Below are positions 37,801 to 51,700 of a stretch of DNA of 64,000 nt, in pieces; position 1 is the first letter of the stretch; each line of letters begins with the position of its first letter. The notes beneath the pieces were generated by a model. That model was not told the DNA's origin. It worked only from the letters and a program-made list of their open reading frames with translations, and did no database searches. The position numbers and the translations under genes were made by a program. The DNA is taken from contig NEEC01000004.1 of NCBI GenBank assembly GCA_002189035.1, positions 3,782,001 to 3,846,000 on the forward strand, given 5' to 3'. This stretch comes from Utricularia gibba. Lineage: Eukaryota > Plantae > Magnoliophyta.

Positions 37801-40262
37801 TCCTTTGGCCACACATGTGATTCGTGGCACTTGAATCCAAGTATCATGTACTCAAACTTCATTGATCATCAGTTCCAGTTATCAAAAGTATTGGACTTTC
37901 ATCAATCGATTTGGAGTCCTTCTCCTTAACTTCTTCAATGAAGTTGTTTTGATCAATGCTCTATTATCGATATTCTCAGGAATAGTGTCCAATCTTGTGA
38001 CAATTAAAATATTCCACATTAGACTTCTTCTTCTTAAAATTATCACTATTTCCTCCTCTTTAGAATCCTCTACTACCATGCCCTCTCCAGTTTGTTCCCT
38101 GTCCTCGTGAGTAAAAATTTGCAAAGTTATTTTCTTTGTTGAGATCATTGTTAGACATATTGAAACTTCTAGCACCTATTCCTCAATAATGCGCTCATCT
38201 ATGATAGTTTCTCCAAATCTCTTCATCTAATTTCCAATGTATTGAACCCGAATATCATAATCATTGATACTTTCACCAACTTTTTGTCTTAAACCTTCAA
38301 ACTCAGCCTTAGCATTTGAAGTTTTACCTTTTTTGCCTTATTTGCTCCTTGGAATGCTACTGATAATACATTCTATGCTTTTTTGGAGGATGTAGCTTTG
38401 GCTATTTTCTCAAACATTTTTTCATTCAAGACTTGGTATATGATAGATAGTGCCTTCTTATCTCTTCAATGTTGCCGAATTAGATGTTGTCGTGACTCTA
38501 TTTTGCACAACTTTGAATACTTCATATGCTCCAAAGATAGTTTGCATACGAATTTTCCAATTATCAAAGTTCTCTCTCGTAAGCATTTGGAATAGGAAAG
38601 AAACCTGATCCTCTTGCTCCTGATCTACAGTTGTTTGATATTATTATCTTTTTTAGACTCAAGCTTCGACACCATTTGAAGCATGGAAATGCAAAACAGG
38701 AGTAAACTGCACTTGATGTGCTAACAAAAAATAAAAGAGAAAACACTTAGGACTACACTTTCAATTTATCAATATACAATACTTTTTACTGATGGAGTGT
38801 TGCGTGTCGTTTCCTCAAAAAATTTTAAATATTTAAAACGTAGGACACTAGAAAACATAGTACGAGTATCGATCTCAGAGAGTTGTTTTTCGTGGAAAGT
38901 GTTTTGTAAATAACTTCTACAAAATGTCATAGTTTGTAAAAAGGGGTTTTTAAGATGCAAAAATAAAAGATGCAATCTAAGTAATGGGCCTTGACTACGG
39001 GACGCAATTCCTGGGAATAAGACTCTATCTCCTTCCTTTGTCCGTCCTTGCCTCGGTTTTCATTGATTTCTTCCGAATAGCTGGTTATAGGAGCAAGGAA
39101 TAGCCTACTCTCCCTTACACTATGATTGACAAGGAGGCACGGGAATAGTCTCATGTGATTCCCCATTGGACGATTAGGAAGACAAGAGGATTGCCTTCAA
39201 AACCGAATTGTGCGCGTGTGCCCAGCTGTTGCCATTGGCTAGTGGCAGGTCCGAGGTCACAACCTGTCCACTGTCACGGTACCTAGGCCACAAACAATCT
39301 GCTACTTCCCTCGAACCAGCAGGGTTGGAGTTGGTGCTCTTCACCTTGATCTTCACCAAAATCCACGAGAAGTGGTCTGCTACTCATGGACCTTGACTAA
39401 GAGTCGTTACAGAAAGACTGTAACAAGACGCGTGGAAGTATGCGGAATCCGAATGGAATTCATTGAAGAACCGAGTGTATTGCTCAGGACTTGGAAGGAA
39501 ACTTCATCTACTTCCCAAAAACTAAAGGTTTTAGCCCAAAAGGGCCATGGAAAACAGAAACGAAAAGAAACTAAGTGTTCTTCCTCCTTGAGGGGGGGAA
39601 TAACTCAAAAGTTCTAAGTACAAGAGAAAATGTTCAAAAAATGCTAAACTAAGTGCTCCAAGTGGCTTTTATATGACTTCCCACGTGCATTAACTCCTTT
39701 GGATCCGCTTCCCATCATTCCTTCTGTCTTGCATGTGCCAGTAGCCTTTCTTTGCGTGCAAGTTTGCGCCCAATAATTGCTGTAGACTCTGACATGCCGT
39801 AAGTCATGGGCCTTGACCAGTGTCAGTCTTCCGCCCACAATCATTCCAACTCGCGTACAAGGCACGAAAACTCAGAGTTTGACCACCTGCAACACTTCTG
39901 ACAGTCTCCTGACATGTCTCGGTCAAAGTGTGAAAAAAAAGGCATAAAATATACACAAAATGGAAAAATAGGAATTTTCTAGTAAAAATCAAATACTTAA
40001 TAATAAGACTCCTAATTGGGCGACTTAGCACTTAATTAATACATAATAATAGTTAAATAATAACTAGAAAATGACACTTAACATGGAGATTTAATAATTT
40101 ATATAAAAGACAACACTGAGAGAAATGGCATACACATTTATAATAACTACATTAGTTTCTTCATCTTTTATGCAGCAGTTTCTTGTAACAGTAGAAACTA
40201 CTTTATTCCAGCAGTTTCTTGTAGCGGTAGGAGCCACTTAGCTTTCCAGATTCACTTCACCA
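34854..40262 (-). mobile_element. Degenerate Ty1/Copia element; 5' LTR split by solo LTR A2
   Basis: 3' LTR about 34854-35139 with PPT TAGGGGGGA; 5' LTR about 38675-38797 plus 40089-40262; degenerate iMet PBS TGGTGTCGAAGC. Protease YLDSSATNHMCG, RT and RNase H (TLPSCEAEH, DIFTKP). Candidate TSD AAATT; left border uncertain. Confidence 0.8.
38798..40083 (-). mobile_element. Athila-like Gypsy solo LTR, family A copy 2 (1286 bp)
   Basis: TG..CA termini; TSD TGGAG at 38793-38797 and 40084-40088; collinear with 7955-10418. Confidence 0.9.
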
Positions 40263-40281
40263 AAATTCATTATAACTGAGG

Positions 40282-40720
40282 TGAATATAAACACATAGTT
40301 GTGATTTTTTGGGATAAAGTACTCTTTGGAGAGTGATCGTCCATAGGATCTAGAATTCCTTTGATTTTATAAACACCTTCTTAGGTATGTATTTATGTGG
40401 GAGAATCTTCTTTATTATTCTATTCATTGAATATTAACTAAAGATTTGGTAGCAGATGTAGTACAGATATCTGATAGAAGATATGTTGTAGATATCTTGG
40501 GAGGTGAGTCTTCTTATCCTACTCTTCCTTATTTGGCTTATCGAGCTTGATGACTTGTCGAGCTCATTACCTTGTCGAGTGTAGCTTGCTTATTAGGTGT
40601 GCTAACTCGTTAGTTGTATCATTCATTGTATTTCTTCCCTGTTTTATATACATTTCTTGTTGGACGGGCCTTAAAAGTGTCCATTAGGTTGTTGATCAAG
40701 TGACGTTTGAGCACCCCACA
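40282..40720 (-). mobile_element. Possible Tat-like LTR remnant
   Basis: Minus strand starts TGTGGGGTGCTCAAACG with LTR-like composition; no TSD found. Confidence 0.35.
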
Positions 40721-41029
40721 GCTCATCATATTAACAAGTGATTTCACTGTGTAGATTGTTTATTCATTTTGTACTTTTGATGATTTGGGAGATATGACCT
40801 ATTTTTCGTCCAGATATTGAACCCAACTTAAAGTCTGAATTTTTTAGTATCATAAGTCATCTAACTTGTAGACTATGAGTGGTAAATTGCCATGAAGTCA
40901 CATGCATAGTAGCATCAAGGTTGAAATCCTACCTACATGCAAATAGCTTATGAGTTATGCATGCAGCGAAGTCTTTAAGTGATTGCATTTTGAGAGCTAT
41001 ATTCAGTGTGTCTATTAAAGGCAATTTGA

Positions 41030-41275
41030 AGATGCAGTTGAAGGCGATTATGTCTTGAAGATGCATTGAGAGATGGATTTGTCTTCAATATGTACCCTAG
41101 AAGCAGCTTTAATGTGTGTCTGATGGTAATTTTGTTTTAAAAATACTTATGAATGTGAATTTGCCTTAAAGATGCACTTAGAGGCAACATTGTTTGGAAA
41201 ATGTGCTCGAGGATGGCTTTGTTATGAAGATGAGTTCATAAGTGACTTTGTCTTGAAGATGTACTTGAAATTATA
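41030..41275. repeat. Degenerate tandem array of about 29-30-bp units (consensus near TTTGTCTTGAAGATGCACTT..)
   Basis: About eight recognisable units, e.g. TATGTCTTGAAGATGCA, TTTGCCTTAAAGATGCAC, TTTGTCTTGAAGATGTAC. Confidence 0.55.
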
Positions 41276-41309
41276 GTGCAAGTCATGGAAAACTTTAGGT
41301 ATGAGAATT

Positions 41310-41600
41310 TAAAGAGTTGAAGAACTATGCATACCAAAACTCAAAACTAATTAAAACTACAACTAAGAGTTTTCATGATACGCATATTTCTAGAAGAGTT
41401 ATCAAAATTGGCCAAAAAGTCTTATTGTTCTAATCAAGATTAAAATTGTATCATAAAAAGTTGAAATTACGATAGATAGTACCTTTTGTGATGAAGAACA
41501 TTCTCCCAATGGAATGGTGAAAATATATGATGAAGATGTCAATAAGGGATTTCTGGTGAATGGGCATCTGTTTAATACCTTTTATGAAAATGCTAAATAT
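41310..41600 (+). mobile_element. Athila-like Gypsy integrase C-terminal remnant
   Basis: Translates to YAYQNSKLIKTTTKSFHDTHI..IGQKVLLF*SRLKL, matching the Athila AYENSKIYKERTKAFHD..GQKVLLFNSRLKL pattern. Confidence 0.7.
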
Positions 41601-43146
41601 AGATTTATTAAAAATATTAGATATAGATGCACTAGAGATATAGTCAAATGGAGAGTTGAGTCCAAGACAGTGCTTGTGGGAGGCAATCTTTAGCTAAGTT
41701 TTAATTTTTGCACTTTACATTATGATTTAGTATAATTCATAATTTTCTAGGGTTCTTGCTGTATTTTGTGTTGAAGGGATGATTATAGGATTAAGTAAAA
41801 ATTACAAAGAAGGAGTTGAAATTTAAACCATTAAGATAGTGGGAAGTTGAATTTTATTTTATTTTATTTTATTTCTTGCAAACACTTGATCGAATGACTA
41901 AAATGTCTCTTATGGATTGAAATGACTTAGAGTAACAAATTTGTTCTTTTCTACCCGATTGTTCTTCAACTCCTCTAAGAAATTACAGTAATAGAAACAT
42001 GATATTGACAAAGAGAAGTACAAGGAATGTCATCGGAGCAAAATCAAACCGAAAGAAAATTCAAATAGATAACCCTGATGATAATGCTACAATTGCTGAA
42101 GCCACGACTACTATTACTCCAACCCTAGAAAAAGGTGTTCAGCCTGAAGTTGCACCAACAGAGTATTATCGGGGTGTAGAAGTGATTCTTCAAGCAGAGG
42201 AAGTAGGGGTGAATCCTTAGAAACAAAACGATGAAGTAAATGACTCTCAACTCCAAAGAACACCAATATACAATAAAAGTCAGAGAATTGTAACAAAGCT
42301 ACAAGTGAAAAAAGGCAACGCCAGAGAAACCCATTGCACAATTGCAAGTCGTGGTTAAGAGTAAGAGAGGGAAACCAGTAAAGAAAAGATAAAAATCTCA
42401 ATCATTGAAAAAAAAAAGAAATGTATTTTTTGAATAAACATGGTTCAATTAATGCTTTATACTAATTATTAATGTCAAAGTGAACATTTGATTTTAATTA
42501 GAATACTAATGTGAAATACTCTATGTACGACAAACACTGAAAACTCTCAAGATACACTTTCCATTGAAATGTGGAATTATAGAAATGTATTGAAATCTGA
42601 AAAATTTCTTTTTATATGTTACACATATTAACTAGTTTTCATATGAATGTTTCTATCAGATTTATTACACTCACCTTGTAAGCCCAACTTTCAAAGTGTA
42701 GTGGTGATATTCTATCAAATTGAGATAGTAAAATTGTAAGATTTAATGTCAAATTAGATTTGAATAAAAGGTATGATAGGTTATACTTTAACAATTTAAA
42801 TAAATTGTATAATTTACATTATTGATTCATAAATTTCCATTTCTAAATATCTTTACCAAAAGAATATTTTCCTAAATTCAAACTATTCATCAAGTGCACT
42901 ATGATAAATAAGCATTTCTTTTATGATTTATTTAAATACAAATAATATAAATCATAATAATTCTACAGAGGCTATCAACATGCCTTGAGTACGTTAGCCC
43001 AATTTGCTCTAATTGGCGGCCCACTACTTATTAGGTCATGTCTCGTCTGCACTTTTTTCACTTTCTCCTCCTCTTCCTCCTCGTACCTCTTCATCTCAGG
43101 AGCTTCCTTCGAGATTCTTATCAGAATTCTCGAATCTGGAGTGAAG

Positions 43147-46100
43147 ATGCACGCCCCTGTCCTCGTGCTAAGTGAGTTCTCCTTTTCGATTATGGATTCG
43201 GTTCTGCATCTTCATTATCATTTTCGTTTCACTTTGTGTCATGAAGCATTTCCGGCCGACTGCACTGTGTGTCGTTTTTATATCTATTTGGAGATGATGG
43301 CTTGTGTGCATGTGTTATGGGGAGGGATTGACGACTCGATGGGGAATAGCTTATGTTTAAGTAGCTAAGACATGGAAATATCGTGTAGAATATTCCATTT
43401 CTATCGCATTTTGTTTTTGGTTGATGTTTTGTTTTCCCTTGAGCAGAAGATTCGCTGAAGAGGGAGTCTGGAAGTAAGGTTCACCATGGGAATATTCAAG
43501 CGTCAAAGGTAGTAAACCCGTGAATATTTCTACAACTAATTTTATTTGCATATTGCTATTCATTCTCTTGGCTTATTGTTAGATTGGGCTTGATGGTGTT
43601 TTTAAGTTTCCCTTCAAATAAGTTAGCTTGGATCTATGTTCCTGACTCAGGCTGTGGCCGATATTATTCGCACTACATTGGGGCCAAGGTCAATGCTGAA
43701 GATGCTTCTTGATGCTCAAGGAGGTAACCCATTTTCTTGCTAATAAATTTGACTATTTAATTCTGTTCAGAAAGAAAAGGCACTATCTCTCATTATAATG
43801 TTCTTATTATTCTCTACTGCGATGTCATTTGCAATTCTTTAAAACTATAGGGATTGTGGTTACAAATGATGGAAATGCTATTCTCCGTGAATTGGATGTT
43901 GCCCACCCTGCTGCAAAGGTACAGCTTTTTTTCTATTTCCACCCTTGGTTATTAGGCTGCTTTTTCGATGAAATTTTGATACAGGGTCTTGTGCTCAATG
44001 TAGAAATGGCTTGTATTTCACATTTCATATCCTTTTGATTGTATACGTGTTACCATTCTGTGTTTCTTACACGTTCCTTTTTCATGCTGGCAGTCCATGA
44101 TTGAGCTAAGCCGTACTCAGGATGAGGAGGTAGGGGATGGCACAACATCCGTAATTGTTCTTGGTATGTGATTATTTCCTTCTAAGATTTTCATAATTGG
44201 GCTAATCTATACTCGGTATGAAATTCTTGATTATTGATAATTTGAAGAGCCAATGCCAATGCTTTTCTATTTTCTCACCTTTTGAAGCTGGTGAAATGCT
44301 CCATGTTGCGGAAGCTTTCATTGACAAAAACTACCATCCTACAGTCATCTGTCGGGGTAACCAGCTAAACCATGGTTTCTATGCATTATTTGATATAACG
44401 TGTTTCTTATGGCATAATCATCCGATTTTTTTCTAAATTGGTTACAGCTTACAGTAAGGCTCTGGAGGATGCCATTGTTGTACTTGATAAGATTGCTATG
44501 ACTATAGATGTTCAAGATCGTAAGTCTATCTGCTTTATTTTCTACTTTTTTTAAGTAGTTCTCTTGTAGTAAAATTGCTTATGATTTTGGCTTTGTAGTT
44601 ACTATTTATTTATCCCTTTCTAATAAATTTTCAAGATCCTAACTCAATTATGTCTACCCGTTGAAGGTACAACGATGCTAGGACTTATTAACAGCTGCAT
44701 CGGTACTAAATTTACCAGTCAGTTTGGAAATCTTATTGCTGTAAGTATTTGATCACAGTTTTCTGTCGGTATTTGCAACCTATTCTGCCTCTCATATCTC
44801 TGTGTGCTTGGTATTCTCATCCTGTTTTCAGTGCTCTGGGATTATTTTGATTTCTTTCTCATTCTTCTTGCTTGAGTATGTCACGTATGTATTATTGGTT
44901 ACTTTTCAGGACTTGGCAATAAATGCTACAACAACTGTTGGTGTTGAGGTTGGGCAGGGATTGCGTGAAGTAGATATCAAGAAGTACATTAAAGTAGAGA
45001 AGATCCCTGGAGGTCAGTTGGAGGACTCACAAGTTTTGAAAGGAGTTATGTTCAACAAAGATATTGTCGCTCCTGGTAAAATGAGAAGAAAAATACTGAA
45101 TCCAAGAATAATTCTTCTTGACTGTCCACTCGAGTACAAGAAAGGTGAGAACCAAACCAATGCTGAGCTTTTAAGGGAGGAAGATTGGAGTGTCCTATTA
45201 AAAATGGAAGAGGAGTACATTGAGAACTTATGTGCACAAATTCTAAAGTTCAAACCCGATCTTGTTATAACTGAGAAGGGGCTAAGCGATTTGGCATGTC
45301 ATTATCTTAGCAAGGCTGGTGTCAGTGCGATCAGAAGGCTAAGGAAGACAGATAATAATAGGATCGCTAAGGCATGTGGAGCTGTAATTGTTAACCGGCC
45401 CGAGGAATTGCAGGAATCTGATGTGGGTACTGGTGCTGGGTTATTTGAGGTCAGAAAGATTGGTGATGAGTTTTTTGCCTTCATTGTTGAGTGCAAGGAT
45501 CCAAAAGCTTGCACTGTGCTCTTACGAGGCGCCAGCAAGGATTTGTTGAATGAAGTTGAAAGAAATTTACAGGTTTCAATGAATTTTGATGCTCTAGATA
45601 GCTTTGGTGCCGTGTTATTTTCACAAATTGCTTCACTAATTTATCTCTTGGACCCAGGATGCCATGTCTGTAGCAAGGAATATAATAAAGAACCCAAAAC
45701 TTGTTCCTGGTGGTGGCGCTACAGAATCTACAGTGTCTGCTGTGTTGAAGCAGAAGAGCTCCTCCATTGAAGGGATAGAAAAGGTAAGAAAACTTCCCAT
45801 GACTTCATACCAAGTGTTGCATATCCAGCCAATTCTTGGAACCTCTTTCAATCCGAAATCACTTTCAGATTTTCTCAAGTTACCTCATCTTGCAGAAACC
45901 AACTCAGTGTAAAATTTTGTTTTAGTAACCAGTGGTGTCTTTTTTTTTTTTTTTTCCCTTGCGTGCACGACAGTGGCCTTATGAAGCTGCTGCTATTGCA
46001 TTTGAAGCCATACCCAGAACACTAGCTCAGAACTGTGGTGTTAACGTGATTCGTACCATGACTGCTCTGCGGGGAAGGTAGTATTCGTTTGACATATATA

Positions 46101-46482
46101 CATGCACACCAGCTTCAGATGATTAATCATGTTTTCTGTTTAGCATGCAAATGGTGAGAACGTCTGGATCGGCATAGATGGGAATACTGGAGAGATCACT
46201 GACATGAAAGAGCGCCAGGTATGCACGACACAGTTCCATTCCTGGCACACTCCTCCACCACCCTCCCGGCTGATTGCGTCAAACGTGTTTCAGATATGGG
46301 ATTCATACACGGTGAAGGCGCAGGCATTCAAGACCGCGGTTGAAGCTGCGTGCATGCTTCTGAGAATCGATGACATCGTTAGTGGGATCAAGAAGAAGCA
46401 AGCCCCCGGAGCTCAGGCTCCATCAAAGCCAAAAGCAGACGAGGAAGGAGATGCAGATAACGAACAACTAATTCCGGAGTGA
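43147..46482 (+). CDS. CCT3: T-complex protein 1 subunit gamma (CCT3), 13 exons, about 556 aa; 1-nt deletion at the end of exon 11 (about 46070)
   Basis: Exons 43147-43171, 43447-43508, 43651-43723, 43851-43918, 44094-44163, 44288-44356, 44448-44519, 44667-44740, 44910-45572, 45658-45783, 45974-46077, 46144-46218, 46294-46482. Motifs MHAPVLVL, TNDGNAILRELDVAHPAAK, GDGTTSV. Total 1670 nt, one short of a multiple of 3. Confidence 0.96.
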
Positions 46483-47415
46483 AGGCGCAGGTGCGTCTCG
46501 TCCAAATCAAGTCTCAGTTTCTTCTGTTCGGGAGAAGAAATAGTTTTGGGGCGTTTTTCTCGAGTACTGGGCCCTGCTTTGTTTGGGAAGGGAAAATGTA
46601 GTGTAAAGTTGACTCCAGTTCTGTACTGTTCTGTTCTGTTCGTGTGTAGTAACCCTCGGCTGGACGCCGAGCTTGCTCCTTGAGGCGCTGAATAGATGGT
46701 GGGAGACGGTGGGTCGGTGGACCCGCTGGTGTAATGTCGGAGCATCCCGTTGATGCCGGATCCGCCTCTCCTTCCCTGAGGTGAGGGAGGAGGCATGAAG
46801 AAGACGAGATGCGTTGTTTTTTTCGGACATTAACAATTTTTTTTAAAAAAAAAAAAAGCAATTGTAGGTGGTAGGGCAGGGGGCATCCCCCTGTAGTAAC
46901 AACATGAACCACACACTGAATTTTGAAATTTAAACACCAAACCCCAAGTACCGAACTCATTAAATATACGTTGTGGCCCCACCAGCCAGTGTGGACAGTG
47001 GATCGGGTAGTATGCCGTTTTGTATGACTTTCCAAATCCATTCCATTTTTTTCTTTTTTTTATTCCAAATCAACTACTTTTTTTCAATTTTTTAAATTTC
47101 TCCAAAATTTTACCATTTTTTAGGTCAAATTGAAACTCAAAATGTATAAACCTAATTGACTATTTTATTTTATTCGAGTTTATTTTCAGCATAAATGCCT
47201 GTAAAAAATGAAACTCATTTTGTTTGTAATGTTAAACCTGTGATTTGAAAGGGTTAAAATTCTGACACTAATGTTCGTTATGTAAATAAACGCATAATTA
47301 CTGTTACAAGAAAACAAAAAAAAGGACAACTTGTTTTTGTTATTGTTTTTTTTTTTTTTTTTTAACCGGAAGCAGAAAGTGTGGAAACGACGTAGTCTAA
47401 CTAGAAAAGACTGCC

Positions 47416-47907
47416 TTATGTAACGGACAAGTAGTCGGCTTCCGACACATCCGCGGCGCCGAGTTCCAACCAGAGGCGGTGGTCGAAAGCCTCCGCCATC
47501 TCCTCCGGGATGACAATTTTCCGGCAAAGCGGACACGTCTTCTGGTCGTGGTCCATCCAACGGTCAACGCATCGCCGATGGAATATATGCTGGCAGTTTC
47601 TCAGCCGTCGGATCTCATCCTCCCTCTCGAACTCGTACAAGCACACCGCGCAACTCTCCTCTCCCTCCACTTGCACCTCCGAGAACTTCACCACCGGCAA
47701 GAGCTTCAGCTCACGCATCAGAGTGGCCGTCGCGGACTTCGGCTCCGGCGGAGTGTGGAGCGGCGCATCCCGTGCAAGAAAGAACAAGTCCCCGAGGGCG
47801 ATCATGGGGAGCACGGAGATCACGTGTCTGATGAATCCCAGAAACGTGAAGATGAAAAGAAATGATTTGGGGAGGAAGAAGTCGGAGAAGCTCATAGGAA
47901 AACCCAT
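47416..47907 (-). CDS. Intronless RING-H2 E3 ubiquitin ligase (BRH1/RHA1-like), 163 aa
   Basis: Starts MGFP..FLPK; C3H2C3 finger CAVCLYEF..LRNCQHIFHRRCVDRWMDHDQKTCPLCR. An upstream in-frame ATG at 48003 is possible but not family-like. Confidence 0.93.
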   Translation of the reverse strand: MGFPMSFSDFFLPKSFLFIFTFLGFIRHVISVLPMIALGDLFFLARDAPLHTPPEPKSATATLMRELKLLPVVKFSEVQVEGEESCAVCLYEFEREDEIRRLRNCQHIFHRRCVDRWMDHDQKTCPLCRKIVIPEEMAEAFDHRLWLELGAADVSEADYLSVT

Positions 47908-48117
47908 CTCTTTCCCTGTAATCCACACAAACAATGGAGAAGCCGAGAAAAAGAAGAGGAAGCACAAGCTGAGCCAGCTAAATGCCGGAAATGCCCTCGC
48001 CAAACATTGTCTTCATACGTGAGGAGGGGAATATATATAATTCAACCAAGTAATCCCAGTTCTCACGAACCTAAACCCTAATTGCGAAAAGTGTCACATT
48101 TTTTTTCTCTGTTTAGG

Positions 48118-48740
48118 ATTTTAGACATTAATATTTTATAATTCTAAAATTAGTTCTACCTATTTAGTTAGTTGTAAAATACAATATTATTTTTTATAAA
48201 ATGCTCATAGATTTCAATTTGTAATGACAATTCACACTTAACCGATACACCCTTTTTTCAATTACTGTAAAAATCAATTTAGTACCCTAACCGTCTACAT
48301 AGGCATCGAATATGTGTCAATATTTAACTTCAATCATGATGGATCTTTAAGATTTTAGCTCCAATCGTATTCAGAGTCATGTAGCGAGATAAATCTACTT
48401 ACTTCAATCGCTATTTTCCATTTTTTTACACCTTAATTTGTCTTTTCTTTCTCCTACCGAAGGTCTTTTTACATTTTTTTCATATATCATCGCGATCAAA
48501 GCTAAAATATTAGAGACGCATCATAATCAAAGCAAAATCTCAACACCGATATGACGTCTCTACAATGGTTAGGATTCAAGATTGATTTTTATGGTAACTG
48601 AAAGAAGGGTGCATTGGTTAATTGTAAATTATCATTAAGAACTGAAATTTACAAGCATTTTGTAAATAATAATATTGTATTTTTCAATTAACTAAATAGC
48701 TAGAATTAATTTAGAATTACAAAATAGTAATATCTAAAAT
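48118..48740. mobile_element. Foldback / MULE-MITE-like inverted repeat with arms of about 260 bp
   Basis: 48118-48380 is the reverse complement of about 48485-48740 (e.g. CTATTTAGTTA.TTG.AAAATACAATATT, TTAACC.AT.CACCCTT.TTTCA.TTAC..TAAAAATCAAT), roughly 75 percent identity by eye, about 100-bp spacer. Confidence 0.85.
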
Positions 48741-51700
48741 TGCAAATGAATAAAACAAATGTCGGACACGCCCCTGGACACGGCAGCTCGCTGATTAAAC
48801 TAAACACACATAAAAAAAACAAAGAATCTCCTGCATAACATAAAAGCTCGTCATTAAACTAAGACCCCGAAATAAAAAAAAAAATACGAAAACATAATGA
48901 TTTTTTAATTCTAAAAAAAAAAACTAGTAACGAGATGTCGTGGTTTTCTACTTTAGACCCCAATTTTCGTCCCCCTAAGTCTACTACAACTTTCAACATG
49001 ATAGCTTTTGTTTGGGGTTTACCTATTAATTAATTATTATTTTTTTCCTGGGGGCATTCCCTCAACGTGCCTATCACTTTTAGAGGCGGTAGTGTCTTTA
49101 TGGGACCACAGTGGACGTATTCCCTGAATTTAACCCTTCTGTTAATAATTATACTTGTCCTTTGTAGCACACATGCATGTGTTGAGAATTCGGTTTGCTT
49201 GATAGATGTATTCTCTAATGTATGTGTCATTTGTAAAGCATTTGCATAAGATTTAGTAGCAATCAATTGATATTGGATTTTGATTTATCTTAAGTTAATT
49301 AGAAAAGTAGCCATCTTCTTACATGTGCGTCATATAAAAAATTAAATTAGTGTACCACATTAAAATAAATAGAATTAATGAGAATGTAGAAACAAAAAAT
49401 TCTGAAAAATTATGTTTTGGACCAAACTAATCCAATTGATGATAAAGTGAGTTCATGCCCTTTAATGCAATCAAGTAGAGACTAATGGCCTTGGAGTAGT
49501 CTAAGTTATTATGTGGAGGAGGCATAACTAGAAATGTAAGTCATGCAATTTGTTTGATTATTTTTCTCACTCATTCGGCTTATTGGAAGATAGAGATGAG
49601 TATGCAAGATGCTTTAGTAAGTGGAAGTCCTTTTCTTGAAGGTGGTGGATAAAATGCTTTCAACACGTGAGCCACTGTGAGGATTGGTCTGGATGGCCAG
49701 TCCATATGGAAAACCTCCCCTTCGCCTTGGCCTTGGCCTTGGGTCTCGTGCCTCACTCTTCCCTACTCTCATCCTCCTCATTTAACATATCCATCAATTT
49801 AATATTATGTTTAAGTATAATATAATTATATATATATATATAATCAATTGTATATAATATTTGATATCCAAAAATAAAAATATAAGTATATAAGTGATAT
49901 AGATATAATTAAATCCCTATTTTATTGATATACGTATACTAGTCATTTATAGCATGAGTACATACTATTCAAAACAAATCCGATAAACCTACACAAAAAA
50001 AGGGGATTTCCTGCATTTAAGATACAAATCCCACAAGTAAACATTTCTAGCAATTTTCAAGATCAATGAAAATTTACTCATTTATAAAGGACTATTCCAT
50101 GATTTAAGATGTGTGCATGGGGAGAAAGCATTGGGGTATTTTGGATGGGCTTTGGACGAGAGACTTTGGTGTTCGATAGGAAACTCCATCTCTATGCTTT
50201 TATATGATTCATGTCTGTAATGTAGTGTTTGATATTATGATTTTTGTACCTTCGGTTTTCCTTCGAGTTACCCAAGTTTGTGTTATGTTATGATCACAAC
50301 CATCACCTACACATATACATCCATCCTAACCTACATCTCGTAATCATCCCAACCATCAATAAGCAATCCTGAATTCCTCTTCAAGTGGCCCGCGATGGAG
50401 GTTTGTGTGAAAGGTTTGGAGAATCCAACACAAGGGACAAGAAGAGGTGCATGTCGCTAACAACAGAAGGCCGCAAGATGCCTTATATTATCTCGTAATG
50501 ATTTTCTTCTAAGAAGCTTGCAGTATCAGTATTTCGTTGCAGAATCGAATATAAAGTATAATTTTAAATATGATTATATTATTGTGATTGTCACTTGTTA
50601 TAAAGATTCGTTTGTTAGGATGTGAAAGATTGTTTTATATTAAATAACATACCTTAATAATAATAATTTTTTCATAAATAATTATACATAATACTATGAA
50701 TTAAATATGCTAGCAATTTTTATTTAAAATTTCATTTATAATAAAACAAAACTCGTATATTAAATATGTTTTGTTAAACTCAAGAAACTAAAATATTTAT
50801 ATATAAATATTTTATTACAAACATTTCTTTTTATCAAACAAGTCAATTAAGTAATAGTAACCACTTTTTTAAGGATGTAGTATGTATGATTTATTTTATA
50901 AATTATAAATTAAAGTAAAAGTAAAAATAATTGTTTTACAAAATATTTCTATTTTTTCTAAAACTTAATTTCTAATTCTATTTATTATTAACTTATTTCA
51001 ACTTTAACTAATTTACCTATTCATCACATAAGTTAATAAAATGTGGTTTATTTAATAAGTAAGTTGTTTGATCTCAAAGAAATTGCTTCTACTTATTCTA
51101 TATTTATTTGTACAATAAATTCTATTTAAATCGTACAAACTATATCCTAAATGACTTTTTACGAAATGAATTAAAAATTTGATCATATATCAAACACCGT
51201 GTGAAATAAATGATCATTCTATATATATATTTTTTACCTAAATATATAAGATAGAATATCACAATGACTACTTTTCTAAATAATCATTATTTGAAGGGAC
51301 TCAAGGAAGTGGCATAGGACCCGAGATTCGTGCATCCTGTCCGGACTTGTGGATAGATTCAGTTGAGCAGTTGGGCCTGAGGATTGGAGTTGCAGCAGCA
51401 TCTTACTCCTCCAATGCTCCTCTCTACTGGGCCACGTTAAGTGGGCCCAAAAGACTACTGCGGATCGTTCGACAGCAGCCCCTGAAGAGGCACACACCGC
51501 TTCCCTAATTTCCTACCGGCGATCGATTCATCCACCCACTTGCTAACGGATACCGACCCTGGATACTCATACCTACATTTTCAAAATTAAGATCTAATCA
51601 AAATTTAATTATGATTTGATTTTTTTTATAAAAAAAAAACAGAAGATTTAATCACGATTTGAATTACAATTAAATCTTTTAAATCCTAAATCGTTTGTGC

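Noticed and set aside
46413-47041. Three overlapping minus-strand ORFs in a GC-rich island between CCT3 and RING-H2
   Set aside because: No recognisable domain or peptide motif; overlaps expected 3' UTRs.
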